Assembly (NCBI GenBank): GCA_963754315.1
Contig: CAVWFS010000019.1
Coordinates: 544,001 to 608,000, forward strand
DNA from: an uncultured Candidatus Rokubacteria bacterium
Lineage (GTDB): Bacteria > Methylomirabilota > Methylomirabilia > Rokubacteriales > CSP1-6
Length of the DNA: 64,000 nt
Direction of reading: 5' to 3'
The stretch's first letter is position 1. Each line of letters starts with the position of its first letter. The notes under the pieces were generated by a model that saw only the letters and a list, made by a program, of their open reading frames with translations, ran no database searches and was not told where the DNA came from. The position numbers were made by a program, and so were the translations under genes. Positions 18,628 through 28,665 of the stretch are shown in pieces.

Positions 18628-20045
18628 TATCGCGCCATCTAAGATGTTACCGAGCGAAGGAGGACGCGCCATTAGAGATGTAACCCTCAGCGGCCCAGGG
18701 GCCGGAGGAGGGGTACATGATGAGCGCTCCCGCGAAGTGGGAGTACCTGAAGGCGATCCACGCCCGCTACCGGCAAGCCACGCGGGAGGAGAAAGGACGG
18801 ATCCTCGATGAGTTCTGCGCGAGCACGGAGTACCACCGCAAGTACGCCCTGCGCCTGCTCAACGGGCCGCCCCCCGGCCCGGCGCGGCCGCGGCGCCGCC
18901 GACGGCCGACCACGTACAGCGCCGCGACCATCCACGCGTTGACCACGATCTGGGAAGCGGCCGGGTATCCCTGGTCGGTGCGGTTGAAGGCCCTGCTGCC
19001 GGTGTGGTTGCCCTGGGCCCGGCGGCGGTTCCATCTCTCGGCCAGTGTGTGCCAGCAGCTGCAGGGCATCAGCGCCCGGCAAATTGATCGGCGGCTGGCG
19101 GCCGCCAAGCGGCAGTTACGCACCCGGCGCTACGGCCGGACGAAGCCCGGCTCCCTCCTCAAACACCACATCCCCCTCAAGACCGATCACGGGGCCGTCA
19201 CGGAGCCCGGCTTCGCCGAACTCGATCTCGTGGCCCACGCCGGCGGCCGGGCCGACGGCGAGTGCGCTCATTCGCTGAACGTGACGGACATCCACACCAC
19301 GTGGGTGGAAACCCGCGCGGTGCTGGGGCGGGGCGAGCGGCGGGTGCAGGAGGCGTTGGAGGACATCCGGCAGACGCTGCCGTTTCGGCTGCGCGGCATC
19401 GACTCCGACAACGGCTCGGAGTTCATCAACGACCATCTGTACCGCTACTGCCAGGCGCAGGAGATCCAGTTCACGCGGGGCCGGCCCTACAAGAAGGACG
19501 ACAACGCGCACATCGAGCAGAAGAACTGGACGCACGTGCGCAAGCTCGTGGGCTATCACCGCTATGACACGCCCGCCGCCGTCGCGGCCCTCAACGCCCT
19601 CTACCGCCACGAGCTCCGGCTCTTCCAAAACCTGTTCCTGCCCTCGGTCAAGCTGCTCAGCAAGCAGCGCGTCGGGGCGCGGCAGCGCCGGTGCTACGAC
19701 GCCCCGCGGACGCCGCTGGAGCGGGTGCAGGCCTCGGCGACGGCGGATCCGGCCGCGGTGGCCCAGCTCGTCACGCTGCGCGATCGCCTCGACCCCTTCA
19801 CCCTGGCGGCGATCATCGACCGCAAGCTCGAGCACCTCGTGAGGCTGGCCACGAGCCCCCGGCGCCCTCCCACGCCCCCCGCTGCCTCCGCGCCATTACC
19901 GCGCCGCCAGCCGGGACGACCGCCCCACCTCAAGGACTTCACCTTCGGCAATCACCTACGCCGGCCCCTGCCACGGCCTTCGCGGGTAACGTCTTAGATG
20001 GCTCGACGATGTCCCCCTTCGGTAACTTTCTTAAATGGCTTGACA
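18628..20045 (+). mobile_element. Insertion sequence (IS481/ISNCY-like) with two ~18-bp repeats at each end
   Basis: Left gccatctaagatgttacc (18634) and gccattagagatgtaacc (18668); right inverted copies at 19985 and 20021; right end TGACA; no clear target duplication. Confidence 0.8.
18717..19997 (+). CDS. DDE (rve-type) transposase
   Basis: ELDLVAH, IDSDNGSEFIN, RPYKKDDNAHIEQKN; GGAGGAGG RBS. Confidence 0.9.
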   Translation: MMSAPAKWEYLKAIHARYRQATREEKGRILDEFCASTEYHRKYALRLLNGPPPGPARPRRRRRPTTYSAATIHALTTIWEAAGYPWSVRLKALLPVWLPWARRRFHLSASVCQQLQGISARQIDRRLAAAKRQLRTRRYGRTKPGSLLKHHIPLKTDHGAVTEPGFAELDLVAHAGGRADGECAHSLNVTDIHTTWVETRAVLGRGERRVQEALEDIRQTLPFRLRGIDSDNGSEFINDHLYRYCQAQEIQFTRGRPYKKDDNAHIEQKNWTHVRKLVGYHRYDTPAAVAALNALYRHELRLFQNLFLPSVKLLSKQRVGARQRRCYDAPRTPLERVQASATADPAAVAQLVTLRDRLDPFTLAAIIDRKLEHLVRLATSPRRPPTPPAASAPLPRRQPGRPPHLKDFTFGNHLRRPLPRPSRVTS

Positions 20046-20129
20046 GGGCGTATCGGAATGGTGCCGGTGCCTTCACTCAGTGCGGCAACCGCCTCGAGGG
20101 TGCGTTAGCGAAGGGGCACGCTGTGGGTA

Positions 20130-20517
20130 CTAAAGGACGGCTATCGCCTCGATCTCCACGAGGAAGTGGGGCTCGGCCAGGCCCTGCACGACGACCAGGG
20201 TGTTGGCCGGATAGGGCGGCGCCGGGAACACCTCATCCCGCGCCACCGCTACCAACGGGCGATACGCCCAGTGCGTGATGTACGTCGTCGTCTTCACGAT
20301 GATGCCGGAGCTCCCCTCCGAAGTGCGCGAGGATCGCCGCCAGGTTGTCGTAGCACTGCCGTGCCTGGGCTCGGGGGTCGCCAGCTCCGACGAGGGTTCC
20401 CGACCGGTCCATGGCGAGCTGTCCCGCAATGTAGAGCGTGTTACCGACCCGCCCGACATGAGAGTAATGGGCCTGCGGGGGGTGAACACCGGACGGGTTC
20501 AGCAGTTCACGTTCCAT
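20130..20517 (-). CDS. RidA family protein (frameshift near 20310)
   Basis: HYSH..RVGNTLYIAGQ in one frame, PANTLVVVQGLAEPHFLVEIEAIA in another. Confidence 0.82.
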
Positions 20518-21892
20518 GGGAGGTCGCCACGTCTCTGGTGGCGAGCAGGTCGTCCAGCTCGCGATAGTCGGGCACCCGCCGCTCGATGGGGCGACCATTC
20601 CGGACCACGATGCGGTTCGCCTGTGGGCGAGACAGCAGCTCGCTCCACGTCCGCCCCTCGAAGAGCACGAGATCCGCCGGCTGCCCCGGTCCGATGCGGC
20701 CGCCGGCGGCAATCCCCATGACGTCGGCGGGTGTCGTCGTCACGGCTCGGGGCCAGTTCCCGTACGGCCGGTCGAGGTGGCAGACGCGGGCGGCCTCTCG
20801 GAACACCTCGAGCATGTCGTGGTCGCCGAAGCCGTGGAAGGCATCACGACAGTTGTCGCTCGCCACCGCGACGGGCACGCCGCGCGTGGCGAGCTCGTGC
20901 AGGAGCGTCACCCCACGCCAGCGGGGCGTTCGCCCGGGCACCCGATCTTGCAGATAAAGATTGCACATCGGGAGGCTGACGACGCTGATGCCGGCTTCCA
21001 CGACGAGGTCGAGCGTCTCGGCGACGACCTCAGGCGGCTGCACGGCCAGGCTGCAGCAGTGGCCGCAGAGGACCCGACCCCGGAAGCGGCGCCGCAGCAC
21101 CGCCCGCGCCAGGTGGGGCAGCGACCGAGCGCCGACGTCGCCGCTCTCGTCGCAGTGCAGGTCCACGTCGAGCCCACGCTCAGCCGCGAGGTCGAGGAGA
21201 CGATCGAGCAACGAATCGATCTCCGGAGTCATGTAGGTGACTGCGCCGAGGATCCCGCCCGCAGCGGCGACCCGGTCCGCCAGCTCACGGCCTTCCGCCG
21301 TTCCGAAGACCAGGAGCGGGACCAGCGACACCGCCTGCAGCTCGATGCGTCCGGCCCACTCCTTGCGGAGTCCCTCGAAGACAGGCCAGGAGATCCCAGC
21401 CTGAGCGCCCATGGAATCGAGGTGGGTACGGATCGCCTTCGTGCCGTGGGCCCAGCTACACCGCAGCCCGAAGTCCATGCGCCGGCGAACATCCTCGGCC
21501 GTCCAGTGGGCCGAGCGGTCGGCGGCGACGGTGCGCAGCGCCCCGTCGAACGTGCCGTCGGGGTTGGGGGCGCGCTCCCAGGTGTGGCCCTTGTCGAGGT
21601 GGGTATGAAGGTCGATCAGGCACGGCCAGACCTGGCCGCCCCGGAGGTCAACGCTCATGGCCGCGCGCTGGGGAACGGCGGATGGTTCGTGCCCGATGGT
21701 TCCGTCGACTCCCGACTCGCCCGTCGTGACCGCGGCGATCCGTGCATCCCGGATCTCGAGGTCCACGATGGCCAACCCGTCCGAAGAGACCGGTGTGCCC
21801 CGCGGCAGCTCGGTCAGGAGCGCCGCGGGGACGCTCGCGTTGCGCAGCCAGTACTGGTTCCGGTCGGGAACGGTCACGAAGCTCGTCGTCAC
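20507..21892 (-). CDS. Cytosine/pterin deaminase-like amidohydrolase
   Basis: DLHTHLDKGH, DLHCDE, GHCCSL, SDNCRD motifs. Confidence 0.88.
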   Translation of the reverse strand: MTTSFVTVPDRNQYWLRNASVPAALLTELPRGTPVSSDGLAIVDLEIRDARIAAVTTGESGVDGTIGHEPSAVPQRAAMSVDLRGGQVWPCLIDLHTHLDKGHTWERAPNPDGTFDGALRTVAADRSAHWTAEDVRRRMDFGLRCSWAHGTKAIRTHLDSMGAQAGISWPVFEGLRKEWAGRIELQAVSLVPLLVFGTAEGRELADRVAAAGGILGAVTYMTPEIDSLLDRLLDLAAERGLDVDLHCDESGDVGARSLPHLARAVLRRRFRGRVLCGHCCSLAVQPPEVVAETLDLVVEAGISVVSLPMCNLYLQDRVPGRTPRWRGVTLLHELATRGVPVAVASDNCRDAFHGFGDHDMLEVFREAARVCHLDRPYGNWPRAVTTTPADVMGIAAGGRIGPGQPADLVLFEGRTWSELLSRPQANRIVVRNGRPIERRVPDYRELDDLLATRDVATSHGT

Positions 21893-21893
21893 C

Positions 21894-22773
21894 TCATCCC
21901 TCGCGTTCGACCGCGCTCTCGTGCCACTTCCGGAGAACCAGGTGCGACAGGGCGGTCAGGGCCAGGAAGATCAGGATGCCCGTACACGTGATCATCAGCA
22001 GGGCCGCGAACATCCGGGGAATCTGCATCGTGTACCCGGACTCGAGAATGCGGTAGGCGAGTCCCGACTGCGAGCCGCCGGTGCCGGCCACGAACTCCGC
22101 CACCACCGCCCCGATGAGCGCCAACCCGCCGCTGATACGGAGCCCGCCCAGGAAGTACGGCATGGCGCTCGGCATCCGTAGGTACCAGAACACCTGGCGG
22201 CGGGAGGCACCATAGAGCTGGAACAGGTTCAGCAGATTGTGGTCGGCGCTGTTGAGGCCGAGCGTGGTGTTGGATACGATCGGGAAGAACGCGACGATCC
22301 ACGCGCAGATCAGGAGCGCCAGCGGGATGTTCTTGACCCAGATGATGATGAGGGGCGCGATGGCCACCACTGGCGTCACCTGGAGGATCACCGCGTACGG
22401 GAACAGGCTCAGCTCGATGAGTTTGGACTGGGTGAAGAGGATCGCGATCAACACCCCGGCCACCGTGGCCACCAGCAGCGCCGCCCCCGTGATGGCCAGG
22501 GTCACCAGCAGCGACGGGTAGAGCGTCGCCCCAGTCCCGGACGAGCGTCTGGATGACGAGCAGCGGCCCGGGCAGGATGTAGTAGGGGATCTGGTTCACC
22601 CGGATGACGATCTCCCAGAGCGGCGAGACCGGCGACGCCGATGGCCACCGGCGGCAGCGCTCGGCGCACGAGACGCGCCGACGTCGAGCCCGCGCGGGCG
22701 GCCGGCCTCCGAAAGCGTCCGCTGTTCGCTCGACGTCGCTCGCCCGGGATTCGACCGAGGGCACGGAGGACAT
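21894..22773 (-). CDS. NitT/TauT-type ABC permease (frameshifted in the 5' half)
   Basis: QVTPVVAIAPL, LRMPSAMPYFLGGLRIS, GAVVAEF. Confidence 0.85.
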
Positions 22774-22791
22774 AGCCGGTCAGGCGGCCGC

Positions 22792-23550
22792 TCATGCGTG
22801 AATGGCCGCGGCCAGGCGGGCCGAGACGTCCCGGCAGTACTCGTTGTAGAGCGGCGACGTTCGGAACGCCTCGTCGCGGGGCGCGGGCGCCTCGATGGTG
22901 ACCTCGCTCGCCGTCCGGCCCGGCCGCGCAGTCATCACGGCAATCCGCGTCGACAGGTAGACGGACTCGTACACGCTGTGGGTCACGAATACAACGGTCC
23001 AGCGCTGACGAGCCCACAGGGTCAGCAGGTCGTTGTCGAGCCGGAAGCGCGTGATCTCGTCGAGCGACGCGAACGGCTCGTCCATCAGAAGCAGCCTCGG
23101 GTGCGTCACCAGCGCGCGGGCGATCGACACGCGCATCTTCATGCCGCCCGACAGCTCCCGCGGATAGGCGCTTTCGAAGCCGTCGAGCCCTACCATCCCG
23201 ATGGCCTCGCGCACGCGGGCGGCAGCCTCGTCGGGATCGACGTCGCGCAGTTTCAGCGGGAGAAGGACGTTCTTGAACACGGTCGCCCACGGCATGAGGG
23301 TTGGCTCCTGAAACACGAAGCCGATATCGCCCCGCGGTAAGCCGCCGCGGCCGTTCCCACCCGGCCATTCGATGTGTCCGCCGGAGACGTCGCCGAGGCC
23401 GGCCACCAGACGGAGCACCGTGCTCTTCCCACAGCCGGAAGGGCCGAGCAGGCTCAGGAACTCTCCCTCACCGACGTCAAGGTCCAGCTTCCGGAGCGCG
23501 ACCACGCCGTTGGAGTAGACCTTGTCGACGTTTTGCAGCCGGACGATCAC
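22792..23550 (-). CDS. NitT/TauT-type ABC ATP-binding protein
   Basis: GPSGCGKST, LSGGM, LLMDEPF. Confidence 0.93.
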   Translation of the reverse strand: MIVRLQNVDKVYSNGVVALRKLDLDVGEGEFLSLLGPSGCGKSTVLRLVAGLGDVSGGHIEWPGGNGRGGLPRGDIGFVFQEPTLMPWATVFKNVLLPLKLRDVDPDEAAARVREAIGMVGLDGFESAYPRELSGGMKMRVSIARALVTHPRLLLMDEPFASLDEITRFRLDNDLLTLWARQRWTVVFVTHSVYESVYLSTRIAVMTARPGRTASEVTIEAPAPRDEAFRTSPLYNEYCRDVSARLAAAIHA

Positions 23551-24599
23551 GACTTGCCGGTCTTCAGCTGCATCCCATGCTTCTTGTTGATGAACTGCAG
23601 TGTGTACGCGCGCTTCAGATCGAGGTCGGCCGTGTAGAGGCCAGCCTCCACCATCACTGAGTGGAAGTCCTTCCAGCGCGCGTCGACCATGGCCCCGATG
23701 CCGAGCGTCTCGGCGTCCCCGGAGTCCACGAGCCCGTACTTCTTCATGGTCGCCCGGCTATGGGCGATCTGATCGTCGGCCATCTCCGGGTTGTCCTGCT
23801 TGATGAGCGCGTTGGCCGGCCCTGGATCGCCATAGAGGTAGCTGTACCAGCCCTCGATGGTCCCGTTCACGAAGCGCTGTACGACGTCGGGTTTCTCGTT
23901 GACGAGCTTCCAGGACGTCTCGATCGTGGTCGCGTAGCTCGAGTAGCCGCCGTCGGCCAGCAGGAGAACGACGATCTTGGCGCCGGCCTTCTCGATCTTG
24001 TATGGCTCGCTCGTCACGAACCCCTGCTGGATGGCCGACTTGTCGGCCAAGAAAGGAGCCATGTTGAACGTGTATGTCCGGATCTGGTCGTCGGTGTAGC
24101 CATACTTGACCCGGAGGAACTGCCAGTAGCCGGCGCGCGCCACCGGCGAGATCATGATCGGCTTGCCCTTCAGGGCCGTCAGCGAGTCGTTGCCCTGACC
24201 GGCGTGGGTGATGAGCACCTGCGGATCCTTCTGGAAGACGGTGCCTACACATACCATGGGGATGTTGTTCTTGACGTAGTTCAGGGCGCTGAAGCAGTTG
24301 CTGCCCATGTTGAAGTCGATCGCCCCCGCCGCCAGGAGCTGCGGGTGGTTGATCTGCGGCCCGCCCATCCGGATCGTCACGTCGAGGCCGGCCTTCTTGT
24401 AGATGCCGGTGGCCACGGCCTGGTAGTAGCCGCCGTGCTCGGCCTGCGCCTTCCAGTTGGTACCGAACGTGAGCTTCTCGAGCTTCTGGGCGCGGGCTGG
24501 TGCTGCACCCCAGGGACCGAGCGCACTCGCCGCCGCCAGCGCCGACGTCGCGACGAACGATCGGCGGGTCACCCTCGAAGCGGTAGCGGATCTCATCAT
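23547..24599 (-). CDS. NMT1/THI5-like ABC substrate-binding protein with Tat signal
   Basis: TRRSFV; NWKAQAEHGGYYQA. Confidence 0.88.
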   Translation of the reverse strand: MMRSATASRVTRRSFVATSALAAASALGPWGAAPARAQKLEKLTFGTNWKAQAEHGGYYQAVATGIYKKAGLDVTIRMGGPQINHPQLLAAGAIDFNMGSNCFSALNYVKNNIPMVCVGTVFQKDPQVLITHAGQGNDSLTALKGKPIMISPVARAGYWQFLRVKYGYTDDQIRTYTFNMAPFLADKSAIQQGFVTSEPYKIEKAGAKIVVLLLADGGYSSYATTIETSWKLVNEKPDVVQRFVNGTIEGWYSYLYGDPGPANALIKQDNPEMADDQIAHSRATMKKYGLVDSGDAETLGIGAMVDARWKDFHSVMVEAGLYTADLDLKRAYTLQFINKKHGMQLKTGKS

Positions 24600-24678
24600 G
24601 CATGGTCAATCTCCCAATGTTCTGGTTCGGAAGCTTCGGGGCCGGCGTCCTTGCCGGCGGACCTCTGACTCGAACGCA

Positions 24679-25533
24679 CTAGACGTCCCTGGCCGCCAGA
24701 CGGATCTCGCGCTTGGGGCTCCGATAGATGGCCTCGAGCAGCTCGGCCAGGCGGGCCGCCTTGGCGGCGCACATCTGCTTGCCCTTCTCGGCTGACGAGC
24801 GATGGGGGTTTCCGATGGCGCCGGTCTTGGAAAGATCGGAGGCAACCCACGCCTCGATGGCGTCGTGACCCTTGAACGAGTAGCCGATGTCCGGCGTGGG
24901 ATCGAAGACGTAGCCTTCGGCGCGGTCCATGTGCACCAGCTCCGGAGTCAGGTGACGGACCATCGAGGTCTCCGAGTCGCCGGAGTGCATGGCGATGGCC
25001 GCTTCCTCGGGCGCGACCAGACCGGGCACCTGGCCGATGCCGCCCAGGAAGATCTTGAAGACTCGCAGGTCGGTCTCCATGCGCAGATCGCGGAAGAAGT
25101 CGTCGAGAGTGCCCACGTTGCCACCGTGGCTGCCTAGTAGCACGAGCTTGGTGAATCCGCTCCGGGCCACCGACGCCGCCAAGTCTCTAAGGACCATGCG
25201 CAGGGTCTCGCCACTGAACGTCAGCGTCCCCGGAAAGGTGATGTGCTCGGTGCTCTTGCCAAAGTTGGTCGGCGGTAGCGCCAATACCATCACGTCGTCC
25301 GGGAGGCGGGCCAGGGCGGACCCGAGCATTTCCATGCCCACAAGCGTATCCGTGATGAGCGGAAGGTGCGGGCCATGCTGCTCGACGGCGCCAACGTTGA
25401 TCACCGCGGTGGCGTTCCGGTCGGCCTTCGCGATCGCGTCGATCTCTTGCCATGTGTAGTAGGCCCAGTAGCGGGCGGGTGGAATTGACCCGTGAAGGCC
25501 GGTCCCGATCCGGTCAGGCAGCTTCTTCAGCAT
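24679..25533 (-). CDS. Creatininase family protein
   Basis: GAVEQHGPHLPLITD, STEH, SHGGN, MHSGDSETS. Confidence 0.9.
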   Translation of the reverse strand: MLKKLPDRIGTGLHGSIPPARYWAYYTWQEIDAIAKADRNATAVINVGAVEQHGPHLPLITDTLVGMEMLGSALARLPDDVMVLALPPTNFGKSTEHITFPGTLTFSGETLRMVLRDLAASVARSGFTKLVLLGSHGGNVGTLDDFFRDLRMETDLRVFKIFLGGIGQVPGLVAPEEAAIAMHSGDSETSMVRHLTPELVHMDRAEGYVFDPTPDIGYSFKGHDAIEAWVASDLSKTGAIGNPHRSSAEKGKQMCAAKAARLAELLEAIYRSPKREIRLAARDV

Positions 25534-25549
25534 GTTCGCCTCCCGAAGG

Positions 25550-26719
25550 TCACACGCCTGCCGCGACGGGCTGATGCGTCGGGACGCGCGCGGCCAAGCT
25601 GGGCCGCACCTCGGCCCAGAAGCGCTCCAGCTGCTCGAGGGTCTCGGCGCGCCTCATCCCTGGCAAGTGCGGAAAGATCACGAGGGCCTCATAGCCGAGC
25701 GCATCGTGCATCTCGACCAGGGTGTCGCGCACCTGCTCGGGGGTGCCGACGATCCAGGACTTGCCGGCCATACGCTCCTCGAGCGAAAACGGAGGACGGC
25801 TGGCGAGCACCGGGTTCCGGCGGACGATGTTTGGCCAGAGCAGCTTGGTCAGCTCATCGTGCCCACGGCGGGCGGTTCGCATCGCCGCCTCCGCCGAATC
25901 GGCGATGTGCACCTGCACCTGCAGCATGCGGTCCTCACCTGGCCGGAGGGTCGTCCCGTGCGCCTCCTGGACCACCGCACCGTACCGTTGCCACAACGGG
26001 ACCATGCGCTCCCACGGATGGTTGGCGAAGACGCCCACGTGGCGTTGGCGCGCCGCATAGAGGAGCGTCTCCTCGCTGCTGATGGGCTGGTAGACGCGCA
26101 CCGGCGTGTTGATGGGCCGCGGAACGAGCGGAAACTCCGTGACCGGCTCCCCCCGGAAGGTCAGCCCCTCGGGCGGGATGGTGTAGTACTTGCCGCGGTA
26201 GGAGAATCGCTCGTTCCCGGTGGCGGCCTTGAAGATCTCCACCTGTTCCTCGAAGACCTCGCGGTTATGCACATCGTCGGCGTTGCTGTTGTAGCCGACG
26301 TTCACGCCGAACACGTTCGACTCGCGCTCCTCGGTGCCCCGGCCGAGCCCACACAGGAGGCGCCCGCCCGCCAGCACGTCGGCCAGCGCGTAGTCCTCGG
26401 CGAAGTGCACCGGGTGCCACGTGGTCAGCACGTGAATCAGGGCGCCCAGGCGCACACGACGCGTGTGCTGGGCCAGCACAGCGTTCAGCAGGAGCACGTT
26501 CGGGACAACCTCGAACCCGTGATTGTGGAAGTGGTGCTCCGCCGACCACACGGAGTCGTAGCCTAACGAGTCGCAGGCTTTCGTGTAGGCGATGAGATCA
26601 GCGTAGGCACGTCGGTAGTCGTCCTGGCCGTAGTTACGCCGGTGCGCCGGCGGCCCGTCGACGCCGGCGTCTGGCATGTCCACGGTTCCATAGAAGAATG
26701 CGCCGAAGTGCATTTCCAT
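25550..26719 (-). CDS. LLM-class flavin-dependent oxidoreductase
   Basis: WSAEHHF, HPVHFAEDYA, GLGRG. Confidence 0.88.
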   Translation of the reverse strand: MEMHFGAFFYGTVDMPDAGVDGPPAHRRNYGQDDYRRAYADLIAYTKACDSLGYDSVWSAEHHFHNHGFEVVPNVLLLNAVLAQHTRRVRLGALIHVLTTWHPVHFAEDYALADVLAGGRLLCGLGRGTEERESNVFGVNVGYNSNADDVHNREVFEEQVEIFKAATGNERFSYRGKYYTIPPEGLTFRGEPVTEFPLVPRPINTPVRVYQPISSEETLLYAARQRHVGVFANHPWERMVPLWQRYGAVVQEAHGTTLRPGEDRMLQVQVHIADSAEAAMRTARRGHDELTKLLWPNIVRRNPVLASRPPFSLEERMAGKSWIVGTPEQVRDTLVEMHDALGYEALVIFPHLPGMRRAETLEQLERFWAEVRPSLAARVPTHQPVAAGV

Positions 26720-26830
26720 CTCTCCTGCTCGGGTCGCTGGCGAGTGACGTTGACCCTGCCCACCTTACGGGCAGGCCACCCGTAACCTGCCGTGCTCGGA
26801 GAGATACACCAGGATCGCCGACGAATGCAA

Positions 26831-26858
26831 CACGGCGCCGGGTGCACCCGGCGCCGTG
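26831..26858. other. Perfect 28-bp palindrome (possible terminator or operator)
   Basis: cacggcgccgggtgcacccggcgccgtg between the aqpZ stop and the LLM start. Confidence 0.5.
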
Positions 26859-26893
26859 CGGGAGTCGGCTCCGGCCACCCCCTTGAAGTCCGG

Positions 26894-27595
26894 CTAGTCG
26901 TGGTCTCCGCTGAGCCAGCGGTAGACGGCGCCGGCCAGGAGGGCGCCGATCAGAGGAGCGACCCAAAACAGCCAGAGCTGCCCCAGGGCCCATCCACCGA
27001 CGAAAACGGCTGGCCCCGTACTTCGTGCCGGATTCACCGAGGTGTTGGTGACAGGGATGCTGATGAGGTGAATCAACGTCAGCCCGAAGCCGATGGCGAT
27101 GGGCGCGAAGCCGGCCGGAGCGCGCCCGTGGGTAGCGCCGAGAATGATGAACAGGAACATGAAGGTCATCACGACCTCGGTCACCGCGCCGGAGAAGAGC
27201 GAGTACCCGCCGGGAGAGTGAGCGCCATATCCATTGGAGGCCAAGCCGCTGGCCACCACGTCGAATCCGGCCTTTCCGCTAGCGATCAGGTACACGATGC
27301 CGGCCCCGAGGATGCCACCAGCCACCTGGGCGATGATGTACGGCACCAGCTGCGAGGACGGAAATCGGCCGCCCGCCCACAGGCCGACCGAAACCGCCGG
27401 GTTGAGATGACACCCCGAAATATGGCCGACGGCGTAGGCCATGGTGAGAACGGTGAGACCGAAGGCGAAGGCCACCCCAAGCAGCCCGATCCCTACGTTG
27501 GGGAAGGCGGCCGCCAACACGGCGCTCCCGCAACCCCCGAGGACCAGCCAGAACGTCCCGATGAACTCGGCGCCGAGCTTCTGCCCCATGGACAT
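26894..27595 (-). CDS. aqpZ: Aquaporin Z
   Basis: Two NPA motifs ([12 protein letters not shown]), [17 protein letters not shown]. Confidence 0.95.
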   Translation of the reverse strand: MSMGQKLGAEFIGTFWLVLGGCGSAVLAAAFPNVGIGLLGVAFAFGLTVLTMAYAVGHISGCHLNPAVSVGLWAGGRFPSSQLVPYIIAQVAGGILGAGIVYLIASGKAGFDVVASGLASNGYGAHSPGGYSLFSGAVTEVVMTFMFLFIILGATHGRAPAGFAPIAIGFGLTLIHLISIPVTNTSVNPARSTGPAVFVGGWALGQLWLFWVAPLIGALLAGAVYRWLSGDHD

Positions 27596-27690
27596 GCCCT
27601 GCTCCTCCTGGTGTCACAGAATTGTCTGTGCCTCGAGCATGGCATTGCCAGTCTCGCCAAGACAAGTTGTTAGTCTGCGACGGGGGCTCG

Positions 27691-28590
27691 TTACCGGGAC
27701 CGGCGCTCCTCCAACTCCTCCAAAGTCCGTGGCCAGTCGGCGTGGAGCAGGCGTGACAGGGCGCGGTCGGCGAGGAGGCGACCGCCCGTCTGGCACTGGG
27801 CGCAGTAGTTGGTCTCGTTCTCGGCGTGGACAATGCGTTGCACGGACGATCCGCACACCGGGCACGGTTGGCCAAAGCGCCCGTGGACCGCCATTCCGGA
27901 CCGGAAGGCCGTGACCTTCTCGGGAAAGCCCTCACCGGTCTCCTGGCGGATGATCGCGATCCAATCCTGGAGCGTGTCACGGGCGGCGGTAAATAGCCTG
28001 GCCGTTTCCTCCTCGTCGAGCTGACGGGAGAGCTTCACCGGCGACAGGCGCGCCCGGTGGAGGATCTCGTCCGCATACGCGTTGCCGATCCCGCTGAAGA
28101 GGCGCGGGTCCGTGAGGGTCCGCTTGAGGGTGTGGCTTTCGCGCGTGAGCGCTTCCCGGAATGCGGGGAGATCGGCTTCGAACACCTCGAGGCCGCCGGG
28201 ATCGAGCTCGCGCAACTCCTCTTCACCCCGCACCACGTGGAGAGCGGCGCGCTTCTTGGACCCCGCTTCGGTGAGGGTGAGGGTTCCCGTGGAGAAGTCG
28301 AAGGCGGCCAGGCCCACCTTCCCAGGGATTCGCGCGCCCGGCTCCCGCCAGTGCAGGCGGCCGGCGATCATGAGGTGCAGGACCAGGAACAGGTCCTCAT
28401 CGAGCCCCACCACGATCCGCTTTCCCAAGCGGCGCAGCCCCAGCACGGACCGCCCCTCGGCCGCGCGCAGCGGCGGATCGAACGATCGCAAGAGAAACGG
28501 GCTCGACAGGCGCACGCGCATGAGGCGCGCCCCCGCGATCCGCTTCTCGAGCGCCTCGATATACCCAACAACGTCGGGAAGCTCGGGCAC
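27691..28590 (-). CDS. Fpg/Nei family DNA glycosylase
   Basis: N-terminal PELPDV, HLMIAG, GIGNAY, C-terminal CPVC..CAQCQ zinc finger. Confidence 0.9.
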   Translation of the reverse strand: MPELPDVVGYIEALEKRIAGARLMRVRLSSPFLLRSFDPPLRAAEGRSVLGLRRLGKRIVVGLDEDLFLVLHLMIAGRLHWREPGARIPGKVGLAAFDFSTGTLTLTEAGSKKRAALHVVRGEEELRELDPGGLEVFEADLPAFREALTRESHTLKRTLTDPRLFSGIGNAYADEILHRARLSPVKLSRQLDEEETARLFTAARDTLQDWIAIIRQETGEGFPEKVTAFRSGMAVHGRFGQPCPVCGSSVQRIVHAENETNYCAQCQTGGRLLADRALSRLLHADWPRTLEELEERRSR

Positions 28591-28665
28591 GCCTTCGAGG
28601 GTACTGCATCGCGAAAGCGAGATGACGTCTTGCATCGGCTCGCCACCCCCGCCTATGCTGCCTCG

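Noticed and set aside
20516..21991. Long antisense/alternative-frame ORFs (this one and many others, e.g. 10998-12119, 23661-24668, 54614-55705)
   Set aside because: These are shadow ORFs expected in ~68% GC DNA opposite well-supported genes; they have no recognisable motifs.
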